DNA of 64,000 bases from Pirellulales bacterium (lineage in GTDB: Bacteria; Planctomycetota; Planctomycetia; Pirellulales; UBA1268). Below the pieces are notes generated by a model. The model worked only from the letters and a program-made list of their open reading frames with translations, did not search any database and had not been told where the DNA came from. A program made the translations under genes and the position numbers. Below are positions 44,173 through 54,833 of the stretch, piece by piece. Numbering within the stretch: the stretch's first letter is position 1; each line of letters opens with the position of its first letter. Location: NCBI GenBank assembly GCA_046092585.1, contig JBJTDZ010000120.1, positions 6,606 through 70,605 on the forward strand, written 5' to 3'.

Positions 44173-46794
44173 TCAGGCCTGCAGCAGCCGTTCCATCGCC
44201 TCACGGGCGGCGACGAGGGCCGCCGGCAACTGGTCGACGAGCTTGCCACCGGCCTGGGCGAGGTCGGGCCGTCCGCCCCCCTTGCCTCCCACGATGGTCG
44301 CGGCGTCACGGATCCAGGAACCGGCCGACAGGCCGCGGGCCTCGAGCTCCTTCGAGATGCCCGCCACCAGCGTCACCTTGTCGCCCTCCACGCTGCCCAG
44401 CAGTACGGCGATCGGGCTCGCCTTGCGCCGCAGCTGGTCGATGCACTGGCGCATCACGCCGGCGTCGCTGCCCCTGGCGTCGGCCACCACCACCCGGGTG
44501 CCCGCCACCGAGGCCGCGGCTGCGAGCAGCTCGTCGGCCGACAGGGCCGCGGCTCCCGCCACCGGCTTCGCCTTCTTGAGTTCCCGCAGTTCCTTCACGA
44601 GGGCGGCAAGTCGGTGGGGCAGTTCGCCCACCGGCACCTTGAGCGCGCCGGCCGCCTCGGCGAGCGCCCGCTCCGCCTGGCGGAATCGATCAAGGGCTCT
44701 TGCGCCGGTCACCGCGGTGATCCGCCGCGTGCCGGCCGACACGCTCTCCTCGCCGATGATCCGCACGATGCCGATCTCGCCAGTGCTGGCCACGTGCGTG
44801 CCGCCGCAGAGTTCGCGGCTGACACCGTCCATCGTCACCATCCGGACCGTGTCGGGATACTTCTCGCCGAAGAGCATCATGGCCCCGGCATGGCGGGCTT
44901 CCGCGAGCGGCAGCAGCCGGGCTGTCACCGGCACCGCCGCCAGCACGCCGGCGTTCACCATCCCCTCGATCGCCGCCAGCGTCTCGTGGTCGATCGAGGA
45001 GGTGTGCGAGAAGTCGAAGCGGAGCAGGTCGGCGTCGACCTTCGAGCCCTGCTGCACCGCATGCGAGCCGAGGTGGTGCTGCAACGCGGCGTGCAGCAGG
45101 TGCGTGGCCGAATGCGCCCGCCGCAGGGCCGCACGCCGGTCACGATCGACAGCCGCCTGCACGGTCGAGCCGAGGTCGAGGCCTCCATTCCGCAGGTGGC
45201 CGACGTGGAGCATGAAGCCACCTTCACGGTGCGTGTCGATCACCTCGAACTCGCCCCCGGGCCAGGTGAGCCGGCCGGTGTCGCCCACCTGGCCACCCGA
45301 CTCGCCGTAGAACGGCGTGCGATCGAGCACCACGGTGACGGGCCTCGCGTGCCCCACCTCGTCGAGCCGGTCGCAGAGTGCGTCCTGGGCGATGATCCCG
45401 ATCACCTTCCCGGGCCCCTCGATGGACTCGTAGCCGATGAACTCCGACCCGTGCATCGTCTTCTTGAGGGCGTCGAGCGGCCCCGACGTGAACACCTCCA
45501 CGCGTGTGCCGGCACCGGACTTCAGGCCGTGCTCGTCCATCGCCCGCCGGAAGCCCTCCCAGTCGAAGCCGCAGTTCCGCTCGGCGGCGAGCGTCTCGAG
45601 CAACTCCGGCGGGAAGCCGTAGGTGGTGTAGAGTTCGGCCGCATCGCCGCCGGGCACCTCGGCCTTGCCCGCCGACCCAAGCGCCCGAAAGAGTTTCTCG
45701 ATCCGCTCGAGGCCGCCGTCGATCGTCGCCAGAAACGACGCCTCCTCCCGCTCGATCACGCCCGCCACACGGCCCGTGGTGTCGGCCAGTTCCGGGTAGG
45801 GCCGGCGCATCATCTCGGCCACCACGGGGGGCAGCCGGTGGAGGAAGGGCTCCCGCATGCCCATCTGCCGGCCGTCGAGCACGGCGCGGCGGAGGAGCCG
45901 CTTGACGACATACTTCTCCTCGTTGTTGCCCGGGAGCACGTTCTCGTGGATCGCGAACGTGCAGGCCCGCACGTGGTCGGCGATTCGCCTCATCCGGCGG
46001 CCGTCGTCGGTGGCGGGCTCGTACCGCCGTCCGCAGACCTCCGCCACCGCCTCGACCAGCGGCCGGAGGATGTCGATGTGGAAGTTGGAGTCGACCCCCT
46101 GGAGCATCGCGCAGGTCCGCTCCAGGCCCATGCCGGTGTCGATGTTGCGGCTGGGGAGCGGATGCAGGTTGTCGGGCGGCGGCCCCACGCGGTTGAACTG
46201 GGTGAACACGAGATTCCAGATCTCGACGTCGCTCCCGTCGGGCATGCGGTAGAAAATCTCGCTGCACGGACCGCAGACGCCGTCGGGACCCTGGCTGGGG
46301 GCGCTGGCGGGCCAGAAGTTGTCGTCCTCGCCCATCCGCGTGATCTTCGCGGCCGGCACGCCGATCTCGTCGGCCCAGATCGCGAACGCCTCGTTGTCGT
46401 CGTGGTAGACGGTGATGGAAAGCTTGTCCGGCGAAATGTGGAGCCAGTTCTTCGCGGTCAGAAACTCCCACGCCCAGTGGATCGCCTCCCGCTTGAAGTA
46501 GTCGCCGAAGGAAAAGTTGCCGAGCATCTCGAAAAACGTGTGATGGCGCGGCGTACGGCCCACGTTGTCGATATCGCCCGTCCGCAGGCACTTCTGGCAG
46601 GTGGTGGCCCGGGTGAAGTCCAGCTTGCACTTGCCGAGGAAGTGATCCTTGAACTGGTTCATCCCCGCCGGCGTGAACAGCACGGAGGGGTCCCACCGTG
46701 GCACGAGCACGTCGCTCGGGCGCCGTACGCAGCCCTTCGACTCGAAGAACGCCAGGTACGCTTCGCGGAGATCATCGGCCTTCATGGTCGCCAT
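44173..46794 (-). CDS. alaS: alanine--tRNA ligase
   Basis: 873 aa. FFESKGCVRRPS, FTPAGMNQFKD, FFEMLGNFSFGDYFK, editing-domain HSATHLLHAAL, C-terminal DHHA1-type region. Confidence 0.96.
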   Translation of the reverse strand: MATMKADDLREAYLAFFESKGCVRRPSDVLVPRWDPSVLFTPAGMNQFKDHFLGKCKLDFTRATTCQKCLRTGDIDNVGRTPRHHTFFEMLGNFSFGDYFKREAIHWAWEFLTAKNWLHISPDKLSITVYHDDNEAFAIWADEIGVPAAKITRMGEDDNFWPASAPSQGPDGVCGPCSEIFYRMPDGSDVEIWNLVFTQFNRVGPPPDNLHPLPSRNIDTGMGLERTCAMLQGVDSNFHIDILRPLVEAVAEVCGRRYEPATDDGRRMRRIADHVRACTFAIHENVLPGNNEEKYVVKRLLRRAVLDGRQMGMREPFLHRLPPVVAEMMRRPYPELADTTGRVAGVIEREEASFLATIDGGLERIEKLFRALGSAGKAEVPGGDAAELYTTYGFPPELLETLAAERNCGFDWEGFRRAMDEHGLKSGAGTRVEVFTSGPLDALKKTMHGSEFIGYESIEGPGKVIGIIAQDALCDRLDEVGHARPVTVVLDRTPFYGESGGQVGDTGRLTWPGGEFEVIDTHREGGFMLHVGHLRNGGLDLGSTVQAAVDRDRRAALRRAHSATHLLHAALQHHLGSHAVQQGSKVDADLLRFDFSHTSSIDHETLAAIEGMVNAGVLAAVPVTARLLPLAEARHAGAMMLFGEKYPDTVRMVTMDGVSRELCGGTHVASTGEIGIVRIIGEESVSAGTRRITAVTGARALDRFRQAERALAEAAGALKVPVGELPHRLAALVKELRELKKAKPVAGAAALSADELLAAAASVAGTRVVVADARGSDAGVMRQCIDQLRRKASPIAVLLGSVEGDKVTLVAGISKELEARGLSAGSWIRDAATIVGGKGGGRPDLAQAGGKLVDQLPAALVAAREAMERLLQA

Positions 46795-46975
46795 CGGCTC
46801 CCGGGGAACCGCCGAGGATGTCCGGCGGGGCCGCCACTATACCCGTGGCTGCCGCGGCGCCGCGATGCCGCCCCACCCCCCGTGAAAACGACACCGCCCA
46901 CGAGCGGCCGCTTGGGTCGGCCACACGTGGGCGGTCGGGGGGAACCGTCGTGTTCAGGGCGCGGCTGCTGCCGGC

Positions 46976-48112
<1,137 letters not shown>

Positions 48113-48354
48113 CCGACCGTTCACTCCTGCAACTGCCGTCACCATGGCGACCATCTCCCACGCTTCCCGGCACGTCGTCGGGGTGGTTGCTTCGCCACCA
48201 TGAATCGAGCGATTTGCCGCGGAACCGAACACTGAACGCGGGTATACTATCGACAGCTGACCACGCTGGCAAGCAGAATTTCTGGACGGCCGTACAGGCC
48301 TGCAGAACTACGGAAAACCGGCCCGGTTCCTCGCGCCGGACGATGCCGGAGAGG

Positions 48355-48380
48355 AAGCCCAATCGCGTAAGCGATGGGGA
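48355..48380 (+). repeat. 26-nt GNRA-loop hairpin, second identical copy
   Basis: AAGCCCAATCGCGTAAGCGATGGGGA, identical to 12914-12939. It is preceded by GATGCCGGAG, which also begins the R1 core in the 25434 unit. Confidence 0.65.
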
Positions 48381-48404
48381 TTGCGTCACCGTTACCGCAG
48401 GCTC

Positions 48405-48535
48405 GGGGGTGCCCACGCCCTGCCGCCGGACGTTCGTTCCGGCCTTCCAGGCCTGCACTCACTGCATGCTGGCTGCGCTTCGCCATCCCTGGCTCCGCTT
48501 GCCATCAAGCCCGGCGACAGGGCATGGGCACCCCC
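48405..48535. repeat. R1 palindromic intergenic element, diverged copy upstream of recA
   Basis: GGGGGTGCCCACGCCCT (48405-48421) / AGGGCATGGGCACCCCC (48519-48535), one mismatch. The core reads CCGGACGTTCGTTCCGGCCTTCCAGGCCTGCACTCACTGCATGCTGGCTGCGCTTCGCCATCCCTGGCTCCGCTTGCC. Confidence 0.75.
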
Positions 48536-48623
48536 TCGCCGGCCGGCAAGGCACATCTTGGCGTGCCAGGATGGCACCGCCCGCACGGCATGGCCCACCT
48601 TGGCTGGGCCATCGCCGTGCCAA

Positions 48624-48654
48624 GGCTGCCGGGGGCATGGATGCCCCGGCAGCC
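48624..48654 (-). terminator. GC-rich hairpin 6 nt downstream of the PfkB-kinase stop (possible terminator, no U-tract)
   Basis: GGCTGCCGGGGGCAT-gg-ATGCCCCGGCAGCC is a near-perfect 14-bp stem. It is followed on the minus strand by further hairpins (48584-48620). The sequence is related to the R1 terminal motif. Confidence 0.35.
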
Positions 48655-48660
48655 ATGTAT

Positions 48661-49563
48661 TCAGAACGACAGCATCTGCCGGTATTCGGCCACGCGGCGG
48701 TCGAGGTCGGTGCGGTCGATGCCCGCGAGCCGGTCGAGGCTGAAATCCTCCACCGTGTAGCTCGCCGTGACCACGCCGTAGGCGAGGGCCTCCTTGAGCG
48801 ACTGCGGGTCGAAGCGGTCCTTGCTCGCCAGGTGCCCCATCATGCCCCCGGCGAACGAGTCGCCCGCGCCCGTCGGATCGAGCACCTGCGGCGTCGGGTA
48901 GGCGGGCAGCACGTACATCTCGTGCTCGCTGAAGAACATCGCCCCGTGCTCACCCTTCTTGATGACCACGAACTTCGGCCCCATCTTCCGCACCGCGTGG
49001 CCGGCGCGGACGAGGTTCTCGTCTTCGGCGAGGAGTTTGGCCTCCGAGTCGTTGAGCACGAGGCCGTCGATCCGCTTGAGGAGCGATTCGAGTTCGTCCC
49101 GCTGGATGTTGATCCAGAGGTCCATCGTGTCGGCCACGGTGAGCTTCGCATCCGGCACCTGGTCGAGCACCGAGAGCTGCGTGACCGGCGAGGCATTGCC
49201 GAGAAACACGAACTTGCTGTCGCGGTGGTTCACTTGCAGCTTCGGCTTGAACTCGCCGAACACGTTGAGGTGCACCTCGAGCGTCTCGCGGTCGTTCATG
49301 TTGGGGAGATAGCGGCCCCGCCAGCGAAACGTCTTGCCGCCGGGGATCGTCTCGATGCCCGAGGTGTCGATGCCCCGCTTCTCGAGAAACGCCGTGTGCT
49401 GCTTCGGCCAATCTTCACCGACCGTGCCGATCATCTTCACCGGGGAGAAGAAACTCGCCGCATAAGAGAAGAACACGGCCGAGCCGCCGAGCACATCGTC
49501 GCGCTGGTCGGTGGGGGTCTCGACGCAATCAAGGGCGACGCTTCCGACGACGAGCAGCGGCAT
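48661..49563 (-). CDS. PfkB-family carbohydrate/nucleoside kinase
   Basis: ATG at 49563 is in frame within listed ORF 48661..50262; product 300 aa. N-terminal LLVVGSVALD and the C-terminal PfkB signature DPTGAGDSFAGGMMGHL. Confidence 0.82.
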   Translation of the reverse strand: MPLLVVGSVALDCVETPTDQRDDVLGGSAVFFSYAASFFSPVKMIGTVGEDWPKQHTAFLEKRGIDTSGIETIPGGKTFRWRGRYLPNMNDRETLEVHLNVFGEFKPKLQVNHRDSKFVFLGNASPVTQLSVLDQVPDAKLTVADTMDLWINIQRDELESLLKRIDGLVLNDSEAKLLAEDENLVRAGHAVRKMGPKFVVIKKGEHGAMFFSEHEMYVLPAYPTPQVLDPTGAGDSFAGGMMGHLASKDRFDPQSLKEALAYGVVTASYTVEDFSLDRLAGIDRTDLDRRVAEYRQMLSF

Positions 49564-49613
49564 GACGGGCTCCCGGGAGATTCGAGGCGAACGAGCCGGC
49601 GAATGTACGCGGG

Positions 49614-51221
49614 TCAGCCGCAGAGCGGAAGCGCCCGCGCGATCCGTGCGAGCGACTGCTCGCGACCGAGGATCGCCAGGCAGTCGTAGAGGCCCGGCCC
49701 CACGGTCTTGCCAGTCACGGCCACCCGGACGGCGTGGATCAGGTCGCCCACCTTCACGCCCGCCGCCTCCACCACCCGCTTGAGCGCCGCCTCGAGCTCC
49801 GCGGGCGCGAAGGGCTCGACCTTTTCCAGGGCGTTCGCATACGCCCGCAGGAGGTCGCCGGCCCCCGGCTTCGCCAGCCGCTGCGTCACCGCCGCGTCGT
49901 CCATCACGGGCTCGGCGACGAGGAAGAAATCGGCGTAGGCCAGGATGTCGCCGGCCACCTTGAGCCGGTCGCCCGAGGCCTCGACCACCTTCCGGACGGT
50001 CGCCACCGACTCGGCCGAGGGCGGATCGCCCACGAGCCCCGCCCTCGCCAGATACGGCAGCATCATCGCCAGTTTCTCGTCGCTGGAGAGGGCCGCCATG
50101 TAGTGATCCTGCACCGCCCAGAGCTTCTTCGGATCGAAACTCGCCGGGGAGGAGTTGATCCGCTCGAGCGTGAAGTGCTTCACGAGCTCGTCCCGTGAGA
50201 AGAACTCCGTCTTGTCGTCGTACGACCAGCCGAGGAGGGCGAGGTAGTTGTCGATCGCCCACGGCAGGTAGCCGACCTCGCGGTAGAAGTCGACGACCAC
50301 GGGATTGAAGGTGTCGGCCTCCGCTCGGAGCCCGACCCGCTCCGCGATCCTCAGCCCGTGCTCCATCACCTGCTTGAAGTCGGCGTTCTTGAGGTACTGG
50401 GCGAGCTTCCGCTTCGAGAGCTTCGTGCGGCTGCCCGGCTCGGCCACCAGCGGCAGGTGGGCGTAGGCCGGCAGCGGGTAGCCGAGCGACAGGGCGATGA
50501 ACGCCTGCCGCGGCGTGTTGGAGAGGTGTTCCTCGGCCCGGATCACGTGCGTGATCCCGAGGTCGTGGTCATCGACGACGCTGGCAAGATGGTAGAGGCA
50601 GGAGCCGTCGGCCCGCTGGATCACGTGGTCCTGTTCGCGCTCCCAGGCGAACTCCACCCTGCCGCGGACCGCGTCGTCGATCACGAGCGAGCCCTCCCGC
50701 GGCATCTTCAGCCGCACCACGCTCTGCCGTCCCTCGGCGGCGAATCGCTTCGCCGTCTCGTCGTCGAAGGCGGCGAACCGCCGGCTGTAGAGAAACGGCT
50801 TGCCGGCCGCCTGCGCCGCCTTCCGTTCCTCGTCGAGCTCCTCCGGCCGGGCGAAGTCGCGGTACGCATGGCCGAGGTCGAGGAGCCGCGCCGCGGCGGC
50901 CTTGTACCCCGCGGCCCGCTGCGACTGGTAATAGGGGGCGTGCGGCCCGCCCACGCCGGGCCCCTCGTCCCAGTCGATCCCCAGCCAGCGGAGGCCGTCG
51001 AGGATCGGCTGCAGCGCCGTCTCCACGTTTCGCTCGGCGTCGGTGTCGTCGATGCGGAGGATGAACTGCCCGCCGCGCTGCCGGGCGAAGAGCCAGTTGA
51101 ACAGGGCCGTGCGGACGCCCCCGATGTGGAGGTAGCCGGTGGGGCTCGGGGCGAAACGGGTGCGAACGGTCATGGCGGCGCGTGGCTCCGGCGGCGGGTT
51201 GGCGGGCGTAAGCCTACTCAC
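49614..51221 (-). CDS. gltX: glutamate--tRNA ligase
   Basis: RTRFAPSPTGYLHIGGVRTALFN (HIGH motif) and TKLSKRK (KMSKS motif). The listed start is a GTG at 51221 that overlaps the upstream stop (GTGA). The internal ATG at 51173 (MTVRTRF) is an equally plausible start. Confidence 0.93.
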   Translation of the reverse strand: MSRLTPANPPPEPRAAMTVRTRFAPSPTGYLHIGGVRTALFNWLFARQRGGQFILRIDDTDAERNVETALQPILDGLRWLGIDWDEGPGVGGPHAPYYQSQRAAGYKAAAARLLDLGHAYRDFARPEELDEERKAAQAAGKPFLYSRRFAAFDDETAKRFAAEGRQSVVRLKMPREGSLVIDDAVRGRVEFAWEREQDHVIQRADGSCLYHLASVVDDHDLGITHVIRAEEHLSNTPRQAFIALSLGYPLPAYAHLPLVAEPGSRTKLSKRKLAQYLKNADFKQVMEHGLRIAERVGLRAEADTFNPVVVDFYREVGYLPWAIDNYLALLGWSYDDKTEFFSRDELVKHFTLERINSSPASFDPKKLWAVQDHYMAALSSDEKLAMMLPYLARAGLVGDPPSAESVATVRKVVEASGDRLKVAGDILAYADFFLVAEPVMDDAAVTQRLAKPGAGDLLRAYANALEKVEPFAPAELEAALKRVVEAAGVKVGDLIHAVRVAVTGKTVGPGLYDCLAILGREQSLARIARALPLCG

Positions 51222-52279
51222 GCGGCCTGGCCATTCATCCGCGCCAGCCTGCGAAGACGCTTTCGCTCGGCCTTCGACAGGTGCCGCTCATCCTGTTCGG
51301 ACCCGTCGACAAACTCCGTGTCGTCGGCCGCGTGCAGGGGTTCGTCGTCGGACTCCTCGGAGCCGACGGGCTCGCTGCGTCCCGTCGGCCGGGCCGGCTC
51401 CGGCCGCCCCTTCCCCGAGGCCGCGGGCCGGCCGCACTGGCCGCGGACCTCGCGGATCACCGACCGGGCGGCGGCGAGCATGGCGACGAGCGCGGCCGCC
51501 GCCCCTGCCGACCAGCTCGACCGCATCAGCGACTCCATCCGCGGATCGGCCCCCCCGAGCCATGCAGCGCCGGCGGAGACGGCCCACGCGAGCAACGCGA
51601 GGCCGAGCCAGGTCGACGTCCCCAGCCGCTCGTGCAGCGGCAGCACGGCCCAGAGCGACACCGCGACCCACGCCGTGGCCGCCAGGCCGAGCCACCAACC
51701 GATGCCCGCGGGCCCGACGGCGATGCCCGTTGCATCGCTCAGCGCCGCCGCCACCACGCGGCCCACCGGCACCACCCCGGCGCAGGCGGTGACGAGCAGG
51801 ATCGCAGCCATCCATCCCCAGGCGCGAAACCGTCCCTTGTAGTCGTCGCGGCGATGGCGGCGCATGAGCCTGACGATGAGCGCCGTGGCCGCCGCGAGCG
51901 CGAGGAACACCTGCGCCAGCCAGGCCTGCAGCGACGTCGCAGCCCGCGGATCGACCACGTGCCCGAGCGCGGCGAGCGTGCGGGCGAACCGACCGCCTCC
52001 CACGAAGATCGGCCGCGCGAACACCTGGTCGCTCACGCCCACGGCGATGGCGGCCGCCGTCGGCACCAGGATCGCCGCAGCCGCGAGGGCGAGGCCGCCG
52101 ACCGTGGTCGGTAGCAGCATGGCCGGCCCACGCTGCCGCTCCGGATGGGCCTCGGGATCGTAGGCCGCCATGTGGCGAGCCGCGTCGGTCGGAGTCGATG
52201 CCGCCGACGAATCGGCCCGCTTCCAGGAAACGACCAGCCGGCGGCGCTGATCCCGCCGCTGGTTCGCCGCGAGGGACAT
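51218..52279 (-). CDS. multi-pass membrane protein with acidic C-terminal tail (hypothetical)
   Basis: ATG at 52279 is in frame within listed ORF 51218..52471. About 7 hydrophobic segments rich in Ala/Leu/Trp. Tail is SEESDDEPLHAADDTEFVDGSEQDERHLSKAERKRLRRL. No family recognised. Confidence 0.55.
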   Translation of the reverse strand: MSLAANQRRDQRRRLVVSWKRADSSAASTPTDAARHMAAYDPEAHPERQRGPAMLLPTTVGGLALAAAAILVPTAAAIAVGVSDQVFARPIFVGGGRFARTLAALGHVVDPRAATSLQAWLAQVFLALAAATALIVRLMRRHRRDDYKGRFRAWGWMAAILLVTACAGVVPVGRVVAAALSDATGIAVGPAGIGWWLGLAATAWVAVSLWAVLPLHERLGTSTWLGLALLAWAVSAGAAWLGGADPRMESLMRSSWSAGAAAALVAMLAAARSVIREVRGQCGRPAASGKGRPEPARPTGRSEPVGSEESDDEPLHAADDTEFVDGSEQDERHLSKAERKRLRRLARMNGQAA

Positions 52280-52577
52280 GACGATGCTCGAATCCGTTCG
52301 AGAATGATCCTTCCTGCCGGGCGGTCCATCGCCAGGCCACGCGGCATGCAGCCGCAGATCATCTGCTTCGACCGGCGCGGCATGGCTTGTCCACCGGCGG
52401 CATCGCCGCCATGCGAGAAAGCACGCCGTGCACCTTCCACACCGCCGGCGTTCCTCGCATCGCCGGCCCAACCGGAGCGATCGTCACGGTCGGCGAAGGC
52501 GTGGGAGATTTGCCGCCCCGCAGCAGGTCGGCTACGATCCTGCCGCCGATCACCAGCCCCCTTTTTGGAGACCTGCC

Positions 52578-53192
52578 ATGGCCTACACGCTGCCCGCCCT
52601 CCCCTACGCCTTCGACGCGCTGGAGCCCTTCATCGACGCCCGGACGATGGAGATCCACCACGACAAGCACCATGCCGCGTACGTGACCAATGTCAACAAG
52701 GCGTTGGAGGGCCACGCCAACCTGGCGGCTCTGCCGGTCGAGAAGCTCATCGCCGACCTGGAGAAGGTGCCCGAGGGGATTCGCACGGCGGTTCGCAACA
52801 ACGGCGGCGGGCATGCCAACCACACGCTCTTCTGGGAATCGCTGTCGAAGGGCAAGGGAGGCGAGCCCTCGGGCCACCTCGCCGAGGCCATTCGCTCGGT
52901 GTTCGGCGACTTCACGAAGTTCAAGGAGGCGCTCTCCGACGCGGCCATGAAGCGGTTCGGCAGCGGCTGGGCCTGGTTGTCTGCCGACAAGACCGGCAAG
53001 CTGCTCATCGAGAGCACGGCCAACCAGGACAGCCCGATCATGCACGGCAACACGCCGCTGCTGGGCATCGACGTGTGGGAGCACGCCTACTACCTGCTCT
53101 ACCAGAACCGCCGGGCTGACTACGTCTCCGCCTTCTACAACGTCGTCGATTGGGATGCCGTCGGGAAGCGGTTCGCGGCCCTGAAGAAGTAG
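52578..53192 (+). CDS. sodA: superoxide dismutase, Mn-type (Fe/Mn SOD family)
   Basis: [51 protein letters not shown] (Mn-type pattern), DVWEHAYYL. Confidence 0.9.
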   Translation: MAYTLPALPYAFDALEPFIDARTMEIHHDKHHAAYVTNVNKALEGHANLAALPVEKLIADLEKVPEGIRTAVRNNGGGHANHTLFWESLSKGKGGEPSGHLAEAIRSVFGDFTKFKEALSDAAMKRFGSGWAWLSADKTGKLLIESTANQDSPIMHGNTPLLGIDVWEHAYYLLYQNRRADYVSAFYNVVDWDAVGKRFAALKK

Positions 53193-53311
53193 GCCCGCGG
53201 CCCAGGCTCGCGGCCTTGCCCAGTTTCGCACCGGCTGCCGTTGACTCGTCTCCGGGCGGATCCTATTTCCCCTGCTCCAGGGTGAGCGGATTCCGTCCGG
53301 AGACAGTCGTT

Positions 53312-54304
53312 ATGTGCATGGCGTCGCGGTGGCAGAGGTTCCTGTCGGTCACGGCCGTGGTCGTGGCCCTCGCTGCGGCCGGCTGCAAGACCGGCACCTC
53401 GTGGAACGCCAAACCCTCGTGGTGGTCGTTCGGCGGCAGCGGCGAGACGGCCGAGAAACTCGCGTCCGCACCCCCCGCCTCCACCGACGTCACCAAGCCC
53501 TCCGCCACGTCGAAGCCATATCCCACGACGAGCACCCCCGAGGGCTACTCCCTCGCGGGCACGCCACCGGCCGCCGACGGCACCGGGCAGGTCGCCCTGG
53601 CCACGGCGTCCACGGCCGCGGAGCCGGCGGCCGTCACCTATGGATCGACACCCCCGGCCTCCGCCGCGACGGCGGCAGCGCCGGCAGCGCAGCAGGGAGC
53701 CACGACCCCCGCGGCGGGCGGACTCACCGGCATCTCGCCCCAGGTTGGCCCCTATCGCGGCGCCGCGGGTACGCCTGCCGATGCCCCCCTGCCCTCGGCG
53801 TCGGCGGCGGCTGCGCCGGCCTTCGCGCCCCAGACGGAGGCGACGACCGCGGCGGTGGCACCCGCGGCGGCCTTCGGAGCCACGGCCCCCACGGCCTCCC
53901 TCGATCCGCCCGCGTCATCGGCCGCCCGCGTGGCCGACGCCCGCAGTGCCGACGGCTGGTCGGCCGCGCCCACGACGCCGGGCTCGCGTTATGGCGACGC
54001 CTCGTCGAGCCGCTTCTCCGGCGCAAGCCCCGCGACGCCGGCCAGCGCCGCGCCGTTCGGCAGTGCGCCGCCGCCGCCGGCTGACATGCCGGCGCCACCT
54101 GCGACCATGCCGCCGGCGAACCTGCCCGCGGCGCCTGCCACACCCACGCGGCGTCCCGATCCGGGCTACCGACCGGGGGGCACGTCGAGCTATCGGCCAA
54201 GTCGCACGATCCTTGCCGGCGATGCCCCGGCCGATCCGTCTCCGGTGCGGCAGGTGTCGTTCGAGGCGCCCATGCCGCCGGAGTCCGCGCCGGTGATCCG
54301 CTGA
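53312..54304 (+). CDS. Ala/Pro/Thr/Ser-rich low-complexity lipoprotein (hypothetical)
   Basis: ATG at 53312 is in frame within listed ORF 53150..54304. Signal plus lipobox VVVALAAAGC. The remainder is a compositionally biased, probably disordered region. Confidence 0.55.
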   Translation: MCMASRWQRFLSVTAVVVALAAAGCKTGTSWNAKPSWWSFGGSGETAEKLASAPPASTDVTKPSATSKPYPTTSTPEGYSLAGTPPAADGTGQVALATASTAAEPAAVTYGSTPPASAATAAAPAAQQGATTPAAGGLTGISPQVGPYRGAAGTPADAPLPSASAAAAPAFAPQTEATTAAVAPAAAFGATAPTASLDPPASSAARVADARSADGWSAAPTTPGSRYGDASSSRFSGASPATPASAAPFGSAPPPPADMPAPPATMPPANLPAAPATPTRRPDPGYRPGGTSSYRPSRTILAGDAPADPSPVRQVSFEAPMPPESAPVIR

Positions 54305-54331
54305 GCGACGGGCCCTACCAGCCCATCGCGA

Positions 54332-54667
54332 CTACCAGCCCATCACCATGTTCGACTCGATCACCTTGCGGGCTCGATCGAGGTCGTCGCCGGTCTCGTG
54401 CATGTAGAGCCGGATCGCATGCACCTTGTCGCCGGCGGCTTTCGCCAGGCACTCGCGGGCCGTGCTGCATGGATTCGACCGCGAGTCGGTGAGGCCGAGC
54501 GCCGACTTGGAGATCACCCACGAATCCCGCGGCCGACGGGTGAGCCGCACGATCTTCTCGCCCGGATAGGCGTCGTGCACGACGGCCGAGGCGGCTTCCT
54601 CGTCGGGCGCCCACGAGATGATGATGTGGGCGTCGGTCTCGATCTCGAAGAGGGGCATGGGAGACAC
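54332..54667 (-). CDS. hypothetical small cytoplasmic protein (111 aa)
   Basis: ORF with a balanced, non-Arg-rich composition (MPLFEIETDAHIIISWAPDEEAASAVVHDAYPGEKIVRL...), unlike the overlapping frames. No motif recognised. Confidence 0.45.
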   Translation of the reverse strand: MSPMPLFEIETDAHIIISWAPDEEAASAVVHDAYPGEKIVRLTRRPRDSWVISKSALGLTDSRSNPCSTARECLAKAAGDKVHAIRLYMHETGDDLDRARKVIESNMVMGW

Positions 54668-54833
54668 TCCGGGTGACGACAGTGGGGAGGGTACGGCGGC
54701 TCTACCGGGGCGTCAAACCGACGCCTGGCGGCTGCACGCCCCCGCGGACGTCCACACGCTCGCGGACGTACAATCAGTGGCACGACCGCCGGGGCTGGCC
54801 GTTGCCCCGGTCACCGAGGCACGCCATCACGCC

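Noticed and set aside
53640-54296. Alternative-frame ORFs (218 aa and 256 aa) inside the Ala/Pro-rich lipoprotein gene
   Set aside because: They are extremely Arg/Pro-rich frames of a low-complexity GC-rich region. The chosen frame has a signal peptide with a lipobox and starts after sodA at a sensible distance.
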